Positions 50,210 through 60,234 of a stretch of DNA of 64,000 nucleotides are shown in pieces. The DNA comes from Anaerolineae bacterium (GTDB lineage Bacteria > Chloroflexota > Anaerolineae > Anaerolineales > UBA11579): the NCBI GenBank assembly GCA_004297445.1, contig SCUK01000025.1, positions 1,889 through 65,888 of the forward strand, given 5' to 3'. Every line of letters starts with the position of its first letter. The first letter of the stretch is position 1. The notes beneath the pieces were generated by a model. The model did no database searches. It was not told where the DNA came from and saw nothing but the letters and a program-made list of their open reading frames with translations. The position numbers and the translations under genes were made by a program.

Positions 50210-51553
50210 TCAGGGACATACATCCAGCAACGTGATCTCCGGGTTGGCATAGCCGTAGACCACTGGCCCCAGCGGGATAAGGATTTGCTCAACATGCGAA
50301 GCGGCATACGCCTGTGCGGCCAGACAACCATCCGCCACGCCGCCGGTCAGGAAGCCGTTCATAAATACGTCTGCCATTTCCCGATAGGGGTAGCCTGGGG
50401 TATTTGGTGGGCTGGCGGCGATGAAGGCTTCCAACGCCCGGGCCGCGCCATCCAGGTCACCCAGCATGGCATAAGCCACAATGGACTTGTAACGAGCGTA
50501 ACCGGATAACACGGCGCGTTCACTCGAAGGGTGAATCCAATCAATTAACCCATCATCCTGAATGACTTCCTGATACAGCACCAACGACACGGGGAGATCG
50601 CCGGCACGCAGCGCGGCGTCTGCGTCGTGCAACACATGAACCCGAAAGCTGCTGGCGCCGGGCGCTTCAAACGAGAGCAGCCACTTTTTTGCTTCGCCAT
50701 CAAACGCATAATGGCGGATGTGCGGGCGCTGCGGGCCAGCCGCCACGGAGCCAAAACCTTTGCTGGCCACCTCCAAATCAAAAACCCCGTCAAGGTCGAA
50801 GTCCGTGATCTGCAGGTCTGGGAACGGCAGGTCAGCCGTTGACCCTTCAAGTAGATTTCGATATTGGACGCCGTCCCATCCCAGAATGCGCGCATCTTCA
50901 TAGCAGGTATCTTCGTTGCAGGATGCGCTGCTCACAATCAGCTCGTTCACGCCATCGGCATTGATGTCCTGAATGTGCACAATACGCGGCGCGCCAAAGC
51001 CCTCAGCGGGAAACTCTAATTGAACCAGGCGAAACGCGCCGTCCTCGCAGTTATAGAGCAGCAGCGCCCCGGGCTTCGGGTCAGCAAACACATCCGCCGC
51101 CAGCAAGGAGACAATGGTTTCCATTTCGCCATCGCCGGTCAGGTCGGCCTGCGCCACGGGTCGCGGCGGCGCGGCGGCGTACTGCGCTTCAAGGCCCTCG
51201 GCCAGGTCAGCCGGGAAGCCGCCAGCGTTCAGGTAATTGAGAATAACACCGGGCAGGTCACCAAAGTTGGCTTCCGGAAGCGGGTCAAGGCGACTGCCCG
51301 GCAGGCAGGCGCGGGCTGCTGGAAATGTCGCTGTGGGGCTCGGAGTGCGAGAAGGCTCGCGGGTAGGCAGGGCCAGCGGCGTCGGGGTTCCTGCCACTTC
51401 TTCTGTTTCCTGTGGCGCTGTTGCGCTGGCGGGGGGTACATTAGAAGGAATCGGCGTTGAATCCGGCGTTTCGCGCGCGGTCGGTTGAAATGTACAGGCC
51501 GCCAGAGCGGCGGCCAGGAGAATACTCGGGAGGGTGTTTTTCAGGGAGGGCAT
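50210..51553 (-). CDS. Lipoprotein with Pro/Thr linker and DxDGDG-type Ca-binding repeats
   Basis: Lipobox LAAC; DLTGDG, DINADG, DFDLDG; helical C-terminus. Confidence 0.72.
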   Translation of the reverse strand: MPSLKNTLPSILLAAALAACTFQPTARETPDSTPIPSNVPPASATAPQETEEVAGTPTPLALPTREPSRTPSPTATFPAARACLPGSRLDPLPEANFGDLPGVILNYLNAGGFPADLAEGLEAQYAAAPPRPVAQADLTGDGEMETIVSLLAADVFADPKPGALLLYNCEDGAFRLVQLEFPAEGFGAPRIVHIQDINADGVNELIVSSASCNEDTCYEDARILGWDGVQYRNLLEGSTADLPFPDLQITDFDLDGVFDLEVASKGFGSVAAGPQRPHIRHYAFDGEAKKWLLSFEAPGASSFRVHVLHDADAALRAGDLPVSLVLYQEVIQDDGLIDWIHPSSERAVLSGYARYKSIVAYAMLGDLDGAARALEAFIAASPPNTPGYPYREMADVFMNGFLTGGVADGCLAAQAYAASHVEQILIPLGPVVYGYANPEITLLDVCP

Positions 51554-51641
51554 CACAAATTGCGCACAGGCACAGGACGATTATACTAAGAGTAGCACGT
51601 GTTGGCTTCTATATTCACTGAGCAACTGCCGTTCATGATCG

Positions 51642-53894
51642 ATGCCCGACAAACCTGAACGAAACCCTCTGGCCTTTCGGCCGGGTCGCGAGGCGGCCCA
51701 ACAACCGCCGCTGGCGCGCTACTTACCGCGCGCACCCCTGGGGACCGTCCGAGATTGGTTGCGCGAATCCCTGCCGCCCGGCAGTTGGGTCATTGACCCA
51801 TTTGGCGCGTCACCCCAGGTGGTGGTGGAAGCTGCCCAGGCGGGGTATCGTGTTCTGGTGGCGGCCAACAACCCCATCAATCACTTCCTGATTGAGATGG
51901 CTGCCCAGCCACCAAGCGCCGACGCGCTCAGGAGCGCGCTGGCAGAACTCGCCAACGCCACACGTGCCGGCGAAGACAAAGAACGCATCGAGCCGCACAT
52001 CCGCGGTCTGTATATGACGACCTGCGACGAATGCAGCCGGGAAATCGAGGCGCGTGCATTCGTGTGGGAGAAAGACGGCAAAACCCCGATCAGTCGAATC
52101 TACCAGTGCCCGCATTGCGGCAAAGCCGGTGAATTCCCCGCCACGGCGGAAGATGGGCAGAAAGCCGCGCGGTTTACCGCCGCCGGGCCACACCGCGCCC
52201 GCGCTCTGGAACGGGTAGCGCCCATCGATGACCCGGACAGGGAGCACGCAGAAGAAGCGCTGGATGCCTACCTGCCGCGGGCGGTGTACGCGCTGTTTAC
52301 GTTGATCAACAAACTGGGCAGTCTGCCGCTGCAAGTGGATGCGCAACGCAACCTGGCAGCACTGCTTCTGGCGGCGTGTGACCGGGCCAATACACTCTGG
52401 CCGGTAAGTGGCCACAGCCGGCCACGGCAATTGGGCGTGCCCTCGCGGTTCCGCGAACACAATTTATGGCTGGCGTTGGAAGAGGCCATACCTCTATGGG
52501 CCACGGGGGAACAACCCGTGCCTCTTACCGCCTGGCCGGAAGAGCCGCCAGAGAGCGGAGGCATCTGCCTTTACGATGGAGCGCTACGCAATCTCGCTGA
52601 CCAACTTGGCACAACCGTATTGTCCGGGGTTGTGACCGCATTCCCACGTCCCAATCAAGCCTTTTGGACGCTCTCGGCCCTGTGGGCTGGCTGGTTGTGG
52701 GGGCGCGAGGCGCTGGGTGCATTCGCTGCCGTATTGCGCCGCCGCCGCTATGATTGGGGCTGGCACGCTACCGCCCTGGGCGAGGCCCTTGGTCATCTCG
52801 CATCCCACTTGCCGGAGGATGCTCCGTTCTTCGGGTTGATTACCGAGAGCGAACAGGGCTTTGACCTGGCAGCGATGCTGGCTGCCGAGCGCTCCGGGTT
52901 CCGGCTGGCAGGGCTGGCTCAGCGACCCGGCAGCGGGCAAACTCAAATCCTGTGGCGGCGCGGAGACACCCCCATCCCAACTCAGACGCCCGGCGAAAAT
53001 CCGCAATTGGTGCGGGATGCTGCGATGGATATCCTGAGTCAACGCGGTCAACCGAGCCATTACCTGCACTTGCAGGCAGCCGCCGTAAGCCAGCTGGCCG
53101 AGAACAAGACGCTTTTGTTGGCAGGGATGGATCCTGCCGACCACTTCAATGAAATTCGTTCCACGCTGGAGTTCGGTTTGAATTTCCAACGCGGGTTCTT
53201 GCGTTTTGAAGGCAGCGAACGTTCGCTGGAAGTTGGCCAATGGTGGCCGCGTGAACCTGCAAATACGGCCTCCCCATTGGCGGACAGATTGGAAAAAGCC
53301 ATCGTACAGCGGCTCATCGCCCAACCCGGAGAATCGATTGAGAGGATGGATGCGGCTCTTTGCACCGAGTTTGCGGGACCCCTCACCCCACCGGTAGACA
53401 CACTGCGGGCAATCCTTGAGTCGTATGGCGAGCCTGACAATGAAGGACGGTGGACCCTGAAGCCCGGAGAGGCGCCAAAAACCCGGCGCACCGATTTGGA
53501 GGAAATCCGCAGTATCCTGGTACAGGCAGGTCAATCCCTGGGCTACCAAACGGAAGAGAGCGAACTTCATGTGCGCTGGCAGGATGACTCGCCCGTGGAA
53601 GACTGGCATTTCAGAGTAGCAGCGTCCGCTGTGCTTGGGGAGAGTGTGCTCCAGCCACCGCAATCGGAAAGACAGTTCTTCGTAAGCCCAGGAAGCCGCG
53701 CCCGGCTGCTGTTGCATAAACTCCGGCGCGACCCACGCTTGGCGCAAAAGGCCGAGAAAGATGGATGGCGATTCCTGACGTTCCGCCTTGTGCGGCGGAT
53801 GGGCCAGACTAGAGACCTGACCCGCGCCGGGCTGGCGCGCCTGCTGGCGCTTGACCCGCTCAGCGAGGAAGCCACTCAACTTTCGCTTCTGTAG
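51642..53894 (+). CDS. Degenerate DNA methyltransferase-like protein with Zn ribbon
   Basis: VIDPFGAS (motif I-like), CDEC...CPHC, VVTAFPRP where DPPY would be expected. Confidence 0.5.
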   Translation: MPDKPERNPLAFRPGREAAQQPPLARYLPRAPLGTVRDWLRESLPPGSWVIDPFGASPQVVVEAAQAGYRVLVAANNPINHFLIEMAAQPPSADALRSALAELANATRAGEDKERIEPHIRGLYMTTCDECSREIEARAFVWEKDGKTPISRIYQCPHCGKAGEFPATAEDGQKAARFTAAGPHRARALERVAPIDDPDREHAEEALDAYLPRAVYALFTLINKLGSLPLQVDAQRNLAALLLAACDRANTLWPVSGHSRPRQLGVPSRFREHNLWLALEEAIPLWATGEQPVPLTAWPEEPPESGGICLYDGALRNLADQLGTTVLSGVVTAFPRPNQAFWTLSALWAGWLWGREALGAFAAVLRRRRYDWGWHATALGEALGHLASHLPEDAPFFGLITESEQGFDLAAMLAAERSGFRLAGLAQRPGSGQTQILWRRGDTPIPTQTPGENPQLVRDAAMDILSQRGQPSHYLHLQAAAVSQLAENKTLLLAGMDPADHFNEIRSTLEFGLNFQRGFLRFEGSERSLEVGQWWPREPANTASPLADRLEKAIVQRLIAQPGESIERMDAALCTEFAGPLTPPVDTLRAILESYGEPDNEGRWTLKPGEAPKTRRTDLEEIRSILVQAGQSLGYQTEESELHVRWQDDSPVEDWHFRVAASAVLGESVLQPPQSERQFFVSPGSRARLLLHKLRRDPRLAQKAEKDGWRFLTFRLVRRMGQTRDLTRAGLARLLALDPLSEEATQLSLL

Positions 53895-53981
53895 ATGCAA
53901 CCTTGCGTTTCCCCCTTTTCATTCTCGTCTACCAGTCGTATACTCCGGCCTTATGAAAATTCCTGAAGGAGAGGATCAACG

Positions 53982-54884
53982 ATGAAGAAAATCTTGCAAT
54001 GGCTGGGAATCATTTTGGGAGGACTGGCAGCAATCATCCTGTTGGTAATCATGGCGGCGATGGTAAACACCAACGACCGGATGAACCGCACCTACGATGC
54101 GCCGCAGGTGACTATCACCATCCCGACGGATAAGGCCTCCATCGAGATGGGTGAGCATTTTGCCACAATCCGCGGCTGCCTGTCCTGTCACGGGGAAAAC
54201 CTTGGCGGGACGCTGCTGTTTGATGTTGGGCCGATTGGCACTATCTACTCCGATAATCTGACCGAAGGCGAAAACGGTGTTGCCTCCACCTACACCGACG
54301 CGGAAATAGCACGTGCCATCCGCTACGGGGTACGCCCGGACGGCACGTCGGTACTTGTGATGCCTTCCAATGAGATGACCGGCATCAGCGATGAGGAGCT
54401 TGGCCAGCTGATTGCCTTCATTCGGTCCGTTCCGCCGGTGGATACGGAGCCCGTCACTCAGCGCTTCGCTCCTCTGGGCCGGGTACTGGTGATGTTCAAT
54501 GCCCTGCCATCCGCCACCGCCGAAATCGTGGACTTTGACACGGTGGCGCCCGCCAGCATGCCGCCAGCGGTCACCGCGGAATATGGCGAGTACATCGCCA
54601 TCTCCTGCATCGGTTGCCACAATCCGGCTTACTCTGGCGGCCCCTTGCCGGGTGCGCAGGAAGGGGACCCGCTGGCACGAAACCTCACGCCGGGCGGTTC
54701 GCTGGCGGCCTGGTCGTTGGAGCAGTTCAAAACCGCATTGCGCACAGGCGCCACCCCCAGTGGCTATGTCCTGAACAATGAGTTTATGCCCTGGGGAATT
54801 TATTCAGAGATGACGGACACCGAAGTAGAAGCGATCTGGCAATTCCTACAGTCACTGCCGGCGCGAGAGTTTGGCGAGCAATAG
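53982..54884 (+). CDS. Membrane-anchored di-heme cytochrome c
   Basis: N-terminal TM helix; CLSCH and CIGCH; NLT and MP motifs in both halves. Confidence 0.9.
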   Translation: MKKILQWLGIILGGLAAIILLVIMAAMVNTNDRMNRTYDAPQVTITIPTDKASIEMGEHFATIRGCLSCHGENLGGTLLFDVGPIGTIYSDNLTEGENGVASTYTDAEIARAIRYGVRPDGTSVLVMPSNEMTGISDEELGQLIAFIRSVPPVDTEPVTQRFAPLGRVLVMFNALPSATAEIVDFDTVAPASMPPAVTAEYGEYIAISCIGCHNPAYSGGPLPGAQEGDPLARNLTPGGSLAAWSLEQFKTALRTGATPSGYVLNNEFMPWGIYSEMTDTEVEAIWQFLQSLPAREFGEQ

Positions 54885-54904
54885 ACCTCATCCAACCGCG
54901 ACAA

Positions 54905-54937
54905 AAAAATCCGATTTCTTGAAGAAATCGGATTTTT
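54905..54937. terminator. Palindromic bidirectional terminator / REP-like
   Basis: AAAAATCCGATTTCTT-G-AAGAAATCGGATTTTT between convergent genes. Confidence 0.8.
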
Positions 54938-54947
54938 GTTTTCCATC

Positions 54948-56342
54948 TCACTCGCTTGGCGGTTCAGCGTGAACCGTAACTCGCGTGAGGTCAAGGTCGC
55001 TGGCGAGCAGGTGAGTTTCGATTCGTTCCGTGAGACCATGCGCGTCGGTCAGCGAGGTTTCGGCCGGCAGCGTCAGCGTCACAGCCGCTTGCAGATGACC
55101 GGCAACTGAATCCACCCTGCACTCCGCAATCTGGCCCGCGGCCACATGGCGCAGAAGCAAGGTACGAACCGCATCGGCCATACTTTCGTCGACCTCTTCT
55201 CCGGGCGGCAGAACGCCTTCAGGCATCGGCTCCAGATGGGTAAGAATACGTTCGGCCTCCGGCCAATGCTCGCGCACCCGCGATTCAAAGTTGTCTGCCA
55301 GGGCATGCGCCGCTCCCAGGCTCGTCGCCCCTCTAATCTCCAGGTGCAGTTCGATGGTGTATCGACCATTCAGATCGGTATGAATGTGCAGATCATGAAG
55401 CCCCAGCCCCAACCCATCTGCGATGCCCCGCAGGTCAACGGCCATACGCTCCCAATTGGTGAGTTGCTGGCGAGCGGCCGGTTCGATATGCACAAGTGCA
55501 TCCGACACTTCTGCCAGTTCTTCTTTTAGTCGCCGCTCAACTTCTGATGCCACCGCATGAGCCTGTGCGGTGTTCATCGTGGGATCTACTTTCACGTGCA
55601 AGTCGACGAAGGCTGCGCCCGCCGCGCCACGCGACCGGACACGATGCACGTAACGCACTCCGGGCGAACCCGCGGCAATCGCCTCCACTCGTTGGGGATC
55701 CACAGCCATCTTGTCAGTGAGTGTATCGCTGGTATCACGCAGAATTCCAAAGGCAGCGCGCACGATTAATATCACCACCCCGCCAGCGACCACCGCATCC
55801 AACCAGCCCCACCCCAAACGGACGCCAATCAGAGAGGCAAGTACTGAAAACGTGACAAAAAGATCTGTGGTTGTATGGCGCGCATCCGCCAGCAATATTT
55901 CAGAACCCAGCCGACGGCCCGCGCGTGTCTCGAGGATGACAACCAACCCATTGGCAGGCAAAGTCAGCAGCATCAATCCAACCGCAAATGTGGAAATCTC
56001 CGGCGCAGCGCCGGTGAGGATGCGCTCGAAGATGGCTCGACCGATTTCGTATGCCGCAGCCAGCATCATCGCGCCAATAGCCAGCGCGCCCAGCGTTTCG
56101 TATCGCTGGTAGCCATACGGATGTTGTTCGTCCGCCGGACGGGCAGCGAGGCGAATAGCCGCCAGCCCTATCAGGTTCGAGGACGAGTCCACCATCGAAT
56201 GGAAACCATCGGCCACCACAGACAGTGCACCCGTCGTCACGCCAAGACCGATTTTGAGTGCGGTGACCGCGAGATTCGCGGCGAGTACGGCCCACAACAC
56301 TCGGCGGACTTCACCATAGGCTTCCCCGGCAGGCAGGCTCAT
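54948..56342 (-). CDS. Cation diffusion facilitator with three C-terminal ZT-dimer domains
   Basis: ADGFHSMVD, HPYG..RYE, ADARH..TD; three AH...(V/T)HxEP repeats. Confidence 0.9.
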   Translation of the reverse strand: MSLPAGEAYGEVRRVLWAVLAANLAVTALKIGLGVTTGALSVVADGFHSMVDSSSNLIGLAAIRLAARPADEQHPYGYQRYETLGALAIGAMMLAAAYEIGRAIFERILTGAAPEISTFAVGLMLLTLPANGLVVILETRAGRRLGSEILLADARHTTTDLFVTFSVLASLIGVRLGWGWLDAVVAGGVVILIVRAAFGILRDTSDTLTDKMAVDPQRVEAIAAGSPGVRYVHRVRSRGAAGAAFVDLHVKVDPTMNTAQAHAVASEVERRLKEELAEVSDALVHIEPAARQQLTNWERMAVDLRGIADGLGLGLHDLHIHTDLNGRYTIELHLEIRGATSLGAAHALADNFESRVREHWPEAERILTHLEPMPEGVLPPGEEVDESMADAVRTLLLRHVAAGQIAECRVDSVAGHLQAAVTLTLPAETSLTDAHGLTERIETHLLASDLDLTRVTVHAEPPSE

Positions 56343-59300
56343 GGTGTGGGCGTCGGGGTTGGGGTAGCGCTGGGAGGTTCCGGCGTGGCTGTCGGCTCCT
56401 CCGTATTGGTTGGCGTGGGTGTCTCCGTATCCGGCTCCGGAGTTGGTGTTTCCGTGGGCGTATCCGTGGGAGGAGGCGTGTCGGTGAAAGTCGGCGCGGG
56501 TGGCGGCGTTGGAGTAGGCAGTCGAATCTCCAATCTCACGGTTACTTCGGCTTCGCCGTTGTTCCGGGTGCTGAAAACACGCAGGCGCAGCGTGATTGTC
56601 CCATTGTCGTCATGGTCAAGTTGCAGGTTGAATAGCTGGTCCGGCGTGTTGACCGGGCTGTTTCCATTCGCCAGTTCGTTCCAACGGTCGGGGTCAGCCC
56701 CCTTGCCCCATTCCAATATCCATTCGTCGAAGTCCCCGGTGGCTCCCGCTTTACCTTCAATCCGGAACGAGTCGGTATCTATCACCTGTCCATCCTGCAG
56801 GTTGGTGAACTCCAGGATGGGATGCGAGTCGGACTCCTGACACTCGCGCTCAGGCGCAAAGCGATACGGTTCGTCAAAACCATTGGATTCAGCCCAACTG
56901 CGCCCGGCCGAACTATCCAATATCCACTTCTGACCGAATGGATCAGTGACGTTGATGACAAACTCTTCTTCCGTGAATTCATCGCAGGCGGCGCTGGCAC
57001 GCAGTCCGGTCCAGGTATCGAGGTTAACCCGCATCCACAAGTCCTGCTCTTTGGGCAGCGGCGGCTGCTCGATGAAGAAGAACTCGTTGCGCTGGCCGGG
57101 GCACCACTGAGAGGGTTCGGCGCCGGAAATCGAACAGATGACTTTCTCAATGATTCCGGGTGGACGTACAACCGGGGTGACCGAGCCGCCGGTCAGCGCG
57201 GATTGCATGGCAATCATGACTTCCGCCCAAATTGGCGCCGCGCCAGTAAGGCCGCTGGTGTTAACCATGGGTGTGTAATCCGGGTTGCCCACCCACACAC
57301 CCACTGCGACGTCCGGCGTGTAACCGAGCGTCCAGTTATCGCGAAAGTCATTGGTGGTGCCAGTCTTCGCCGCTACCGGAAATGGGAGATTGAGCGCTGA
57401 ATTTGGGCCGAAGGACGGCGTGCGGGCAGAATTGTCAGACAGGATAGAGGTGATGAGCCAAGCGTGCTCTGGTCTGACGACCGGCTGCGGCGGAGGGCCC
57501 TGATGCTCGTAAACCACTTCGCCGCGGAAGTCCTCGATGCGTGTGATGGCAAATGCCGGCACGTAATAACCGCCGGTTGCATACACCGCATAGGCATTGG
57601 TCATTTCCAGCAGCGTGACCTCGCCGCCTCCGAGGGTAAGCGCCAGTCCGTACTGGTCGCTGGTAAGCGTGGTGATTCCCAATCGTTCGGCCATCTGCAC
57701 CAGACCGCCGTCGGCATAGACCCCCACAAAATTGAGGGTTTTGACGGCGGGGACGTTGTAGGAGTTGGCCAGAGCGGTGCGCACAGTGACCGGCCCGTGA
57801 AAGCGTTCGTCATAGTTCACCGGTTCATACGGCTCGCGCGGGTCTTCGGGCAGACCGGAAGGCGGGAACTCGCTCGGGACATCCCAGATAAGGGTGCTGG
57901 CCGTCCAGCCTTTCTCAAAGGCAGCTGTATAGGTAAAGGGCTTCATGGAGGAACCCGGCTGGCGCGGACTGATCGCCATGTTAATCTGACCGTCGATGGC
58001 ATCGTTGTAGAAATCCGCGGAGCCGACCATGGCCACGATTTCGCCGGTGGCAGGAATGATGACCACCACGGCCCCGGATTGGACGTTGCGGTCCTGCAGG
58101 GTCGCGATCTGGCGCACGACGGCAGCCTGGGCAATATCCTGCAGGGCAGGGTTGAGCGTGGTATGCACGGTGAACCCGGACCGGTAGATGGTCTGCGGGT
58201 CATAGAGGGCTTCCAATTCACGGCGCACATAGTTAACCCAGTGAGGGTAGCGTATCTGGACATCCGGGGAAGGGAATTCGTAATTGGTTAACGCATAGGC
58301 CGCCGTGGCGGCGGCGTTGATATCCACGCAAATGCGCTCCGGGCTGGTGGAGACATAAATACACCCTTGAGATAGGCTGGTTTCCACCATCAACCGCAAC
58401 ACCGTTTGCTGTCGGCCAAAGGCGGCTTCGCGGTCGGTATACACGTCATACACACTGGGCGCCTGCGGCAGACCAGCCAGAAAGGAGGCCTGTTCAAACG
58501 TCAGTTCGCTGGCGCGGGTATCGAAGTAAGTTTCTGCAGCGGCTTCAATTCCATAGGCCTGATTGCCGTAATACACTTCATTCAGATACAGTTCAAGAAT
58601 CTCGTCCTTGCTGTACACGCGGGTTGCTTCGGTGGCCAGGATGGCTTCCTTAACTTTTCGCATATAGGACTGCTCAAAGGCCTCCTCCGCCGGAAGCAGC
58701 AACGTGCGCACCAGCTGCTGGGTGATGGTGGAGGCTCCGGATACCACTTCCCCACCGCGCAGGTTTTGGTAGAACGCGCGGAAGATGGCGAACAAGTTAA
58801 ACCCCGGGTGGTTGTAGAACTCTTCATCTTCGGTGGCGATGGTGGCGGCAATCATGTAGGGCGAGATATCTTCCAACGGCACATACGTGCGGCGGCCGGC
58901 AGATGGGTCGATGATTTCATAGAGTAGGTTGCCATCACGGTCCAGGATGCGGGTGGTCTCAAACTGGCTGGTGCGCTCGCGCAAATCATCCACGCTCGGC
59001 AACGTGCGGGCAATGTTGTAATACTGAATCAGCATGAAAAGGACAGCCGAAGCAAAGAGCAGCACGCTCGCAAAAACCGTGAGGATGCTGAGCCGCAACA
59101 AACAACCCCATGAACTCCAGCCGCGGCCGCCGCGCGCTGGCGGGGCGGGCGGGCGGTTTCCAAGTGGCGGCGCACTGCGCCGCGTGACACGGATACCGCC
59201 GGTGGCAGGACCTGGCTGATGCGGAGGTTCGACCGGCCGTGGCGGGGGTACAAAAGCGCGCTCAGAAACTTGCGTCGCGCCAATATCTGATTCAGTCGCA

Positions 59301-59599
59301 CGCCGCGGGAGGGGCATTCCCTGGGTATCGACTCGGGGTGGTGTAATCGGAGGAGTATTCCCCAGCCGGGGTGGCACCGGTGTACCCGATGGGCTGATTT
59401 CCGTCAGGATGGTTTCTGCTTCGTCAGGGGGGACAAATCTCGATTTATCAGCCAAAGTCGGCTCAGTATCCCCGCTGGGAGATGGCGCCGGGTCTTCCGG
59501 CGACGGGCTGCCGGTCAGGCGGCGAAAACGTTCGCCAGGACCATCTTCAGGTGGCTCGATGGAATCCGAATCCGTGGGGTTGCTCTTGTCCTCTTCCAT
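56339..59599 (-). CDS. Class A penicillin-binding protein (transglycosylase/transpeptidase)
   Basis: EDEEFYNHPG, GASTITQQ, RKVKE, PGSSMK, SYN, KTGT; Pro-rich N-terminus and PT-rich C-terminus. Confidence 0.93.
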   Translation of the reverse strand: MEEDKSNPTDSDSIEPPEDGPGERFRRLTGSPSPEDPAPSPSGDTEPTLADKSRFVPPDEAETILTEISPSGTPVPPRLGNTPPITPPRVDTQGMPLPRRATESDIGATQVSERAFVPPPRPVEPPHQPGPATGGIRVTRRSAPPLGNRPPAPPARGGRGWSSWGCLLRLSILTVFASVLLFASAVLFMLIQYYNIARTLPSVDDLRERTSQFETTRILDRDGNLLYEIIDPSAGRRTYVPLEDISPYMIAATIATEDEEFYNHPGFNLFAIFRAFYQNLRGGEVVSGASTITQQLVRTLLLPAEEAFEQSYMRKVKEAILATEATRVYSKDEILELYLNEVYYGNQAYGIEAAAETYFDTRASELTFEQASFLAGLPQAPSVYDVYTDREAAFGRQQTVLRLMVETSLSQGCIYVSTSPERICVDINAAATAAYALTNYEFPSPDVQIRYPHWVNYVRRELEALYDPQTIYRSGFTVHTTLNPALQDIAQAAVVRQIATLQDRNVQSGAVVVIIPATGEIVAMVGSADFYNDAIDGQINMAISPRQPGSSMKPFTYTAAFEKGWTASTLIWDVPSEFPPSGLPEDPREPYEPVNYDERFHGPVTVRTALANSYNVPAVKTLNFVGVYADGGLVQMAERLGITTLTSDQYGLALTLGGGEVTLLEMTNAYAVYATGGYYVPAFAITRIEDFRGEVVYEHQGPPPQPVVRPEHAWLITSILSDNSARTPSFGPNSALNLPFPVAAKTGTTNDFRDNWTLGYTPDVAVGVWVGNPDYTPMVNTSGLTGAAPIWAEVMIAMQSALTGGSVTPVVRPPGIIEKVICSISGAEPSQWCPGQRNEFFFIEQPPLPKEQDLWMRVNLDTWTGLRASAACDEFTEEEFVINVTDPFGQKWILDSSAGRSWAESNGFDEPYRFAPERECQESDSHPILEFTNLQDGQVIDTDSFRIEGKAGATGDFDEWILEWGKGADPDRWNELANGNSPVNTPDQLFNLQLDHDDNGTITLRLRVFSTRNNGEAEVTVRLEIRLPTPTPPPAPTFTDTPPPTDTPTETPTPEPDTETPTPTNTEEPTATPEPPSATPTPTPTP

Positions 59600-59682
59600 A
59601 GCACTAATAAACCATATCCGCCCCGTCCGCGTATCCCGCCGGCGGAGCAATTTCGCCTCAGCCTTTTGGGGGACGCCACCCC

Positions 59683-60156
59683 TCAGGCCTCCGGTCGCAT
59701 GTTAATCAGCGCGGTCCAGGTACCTTTCATGATAGTTTCGTCATTCTGATTCTTCACATCCAGTTCCAGAACTATGGAACCCGCCTTGAGCCGTGGCAAA
59801 GCCTTGGTTTCTTTGACTTCGAGCACAACATGAATCGTATCGCCGATGAATAACGGCTTGATGAATTTCCAGTCATTAATCTCGCGGAACGCCATGATGG
59901 TGCCTTCCATCAGCCCGGTCTGAACCGCCAGGCCGGAAGCAATGCTCAACCCGAGGATGCCGTGCGCCACGCGTTGGCCAAATGGTGTACCTGCGCTGAA
60001 TTGGGCGTCGGTGTGAATTTGGTTGAAGTCGCCCGAAAGACCGGCAAAGGTAACGATATCCGTTTCGGTCAGAGTTCGACCAACCGAGGTAATCTGCATA
60101 CCGGTTTGGATTTCTTCAAAATATTTGCCGCGGTAGGTGGGGGTGGATGGCGACAT
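59683..60156 (-). CDS. MaoC family dehydratase
   Basis: YFEE, FAGLSGDFNQIH, RVAHG, F.KP.FIGDTI; AGGAG RBS. Confidence 0.9.
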   Translation of the reverse strand: MSPSTPTYRGKYFEEIQTGMQITSVGRTLTETDIVTFAGLSGDFNQIHTDAQFSAGTPFGQRVAHGILGLSIASGLAVQTGLMEGTIMAFREINDWKFIKPLFIGDTIHVVLEVKETKALPRLKAGSIVLELDVKNQNDETIMKGTWTALINMRPEA

Positions 60157-60234
60157 TTGGCTCCTCCGGGAGTTGAATTGAGAAGATTCTAGCATACGTT
60201 ACAGAAGACGCCATGCACGCGATACAATTCCCCA

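Noticed and set aside
56345-56520. Tandem-repeat or CRISPR-like low-complexity stretch
   Set aside because: Encodes the Pro/Thr-rich tail of the PBP; no constant repeat with unique spacers
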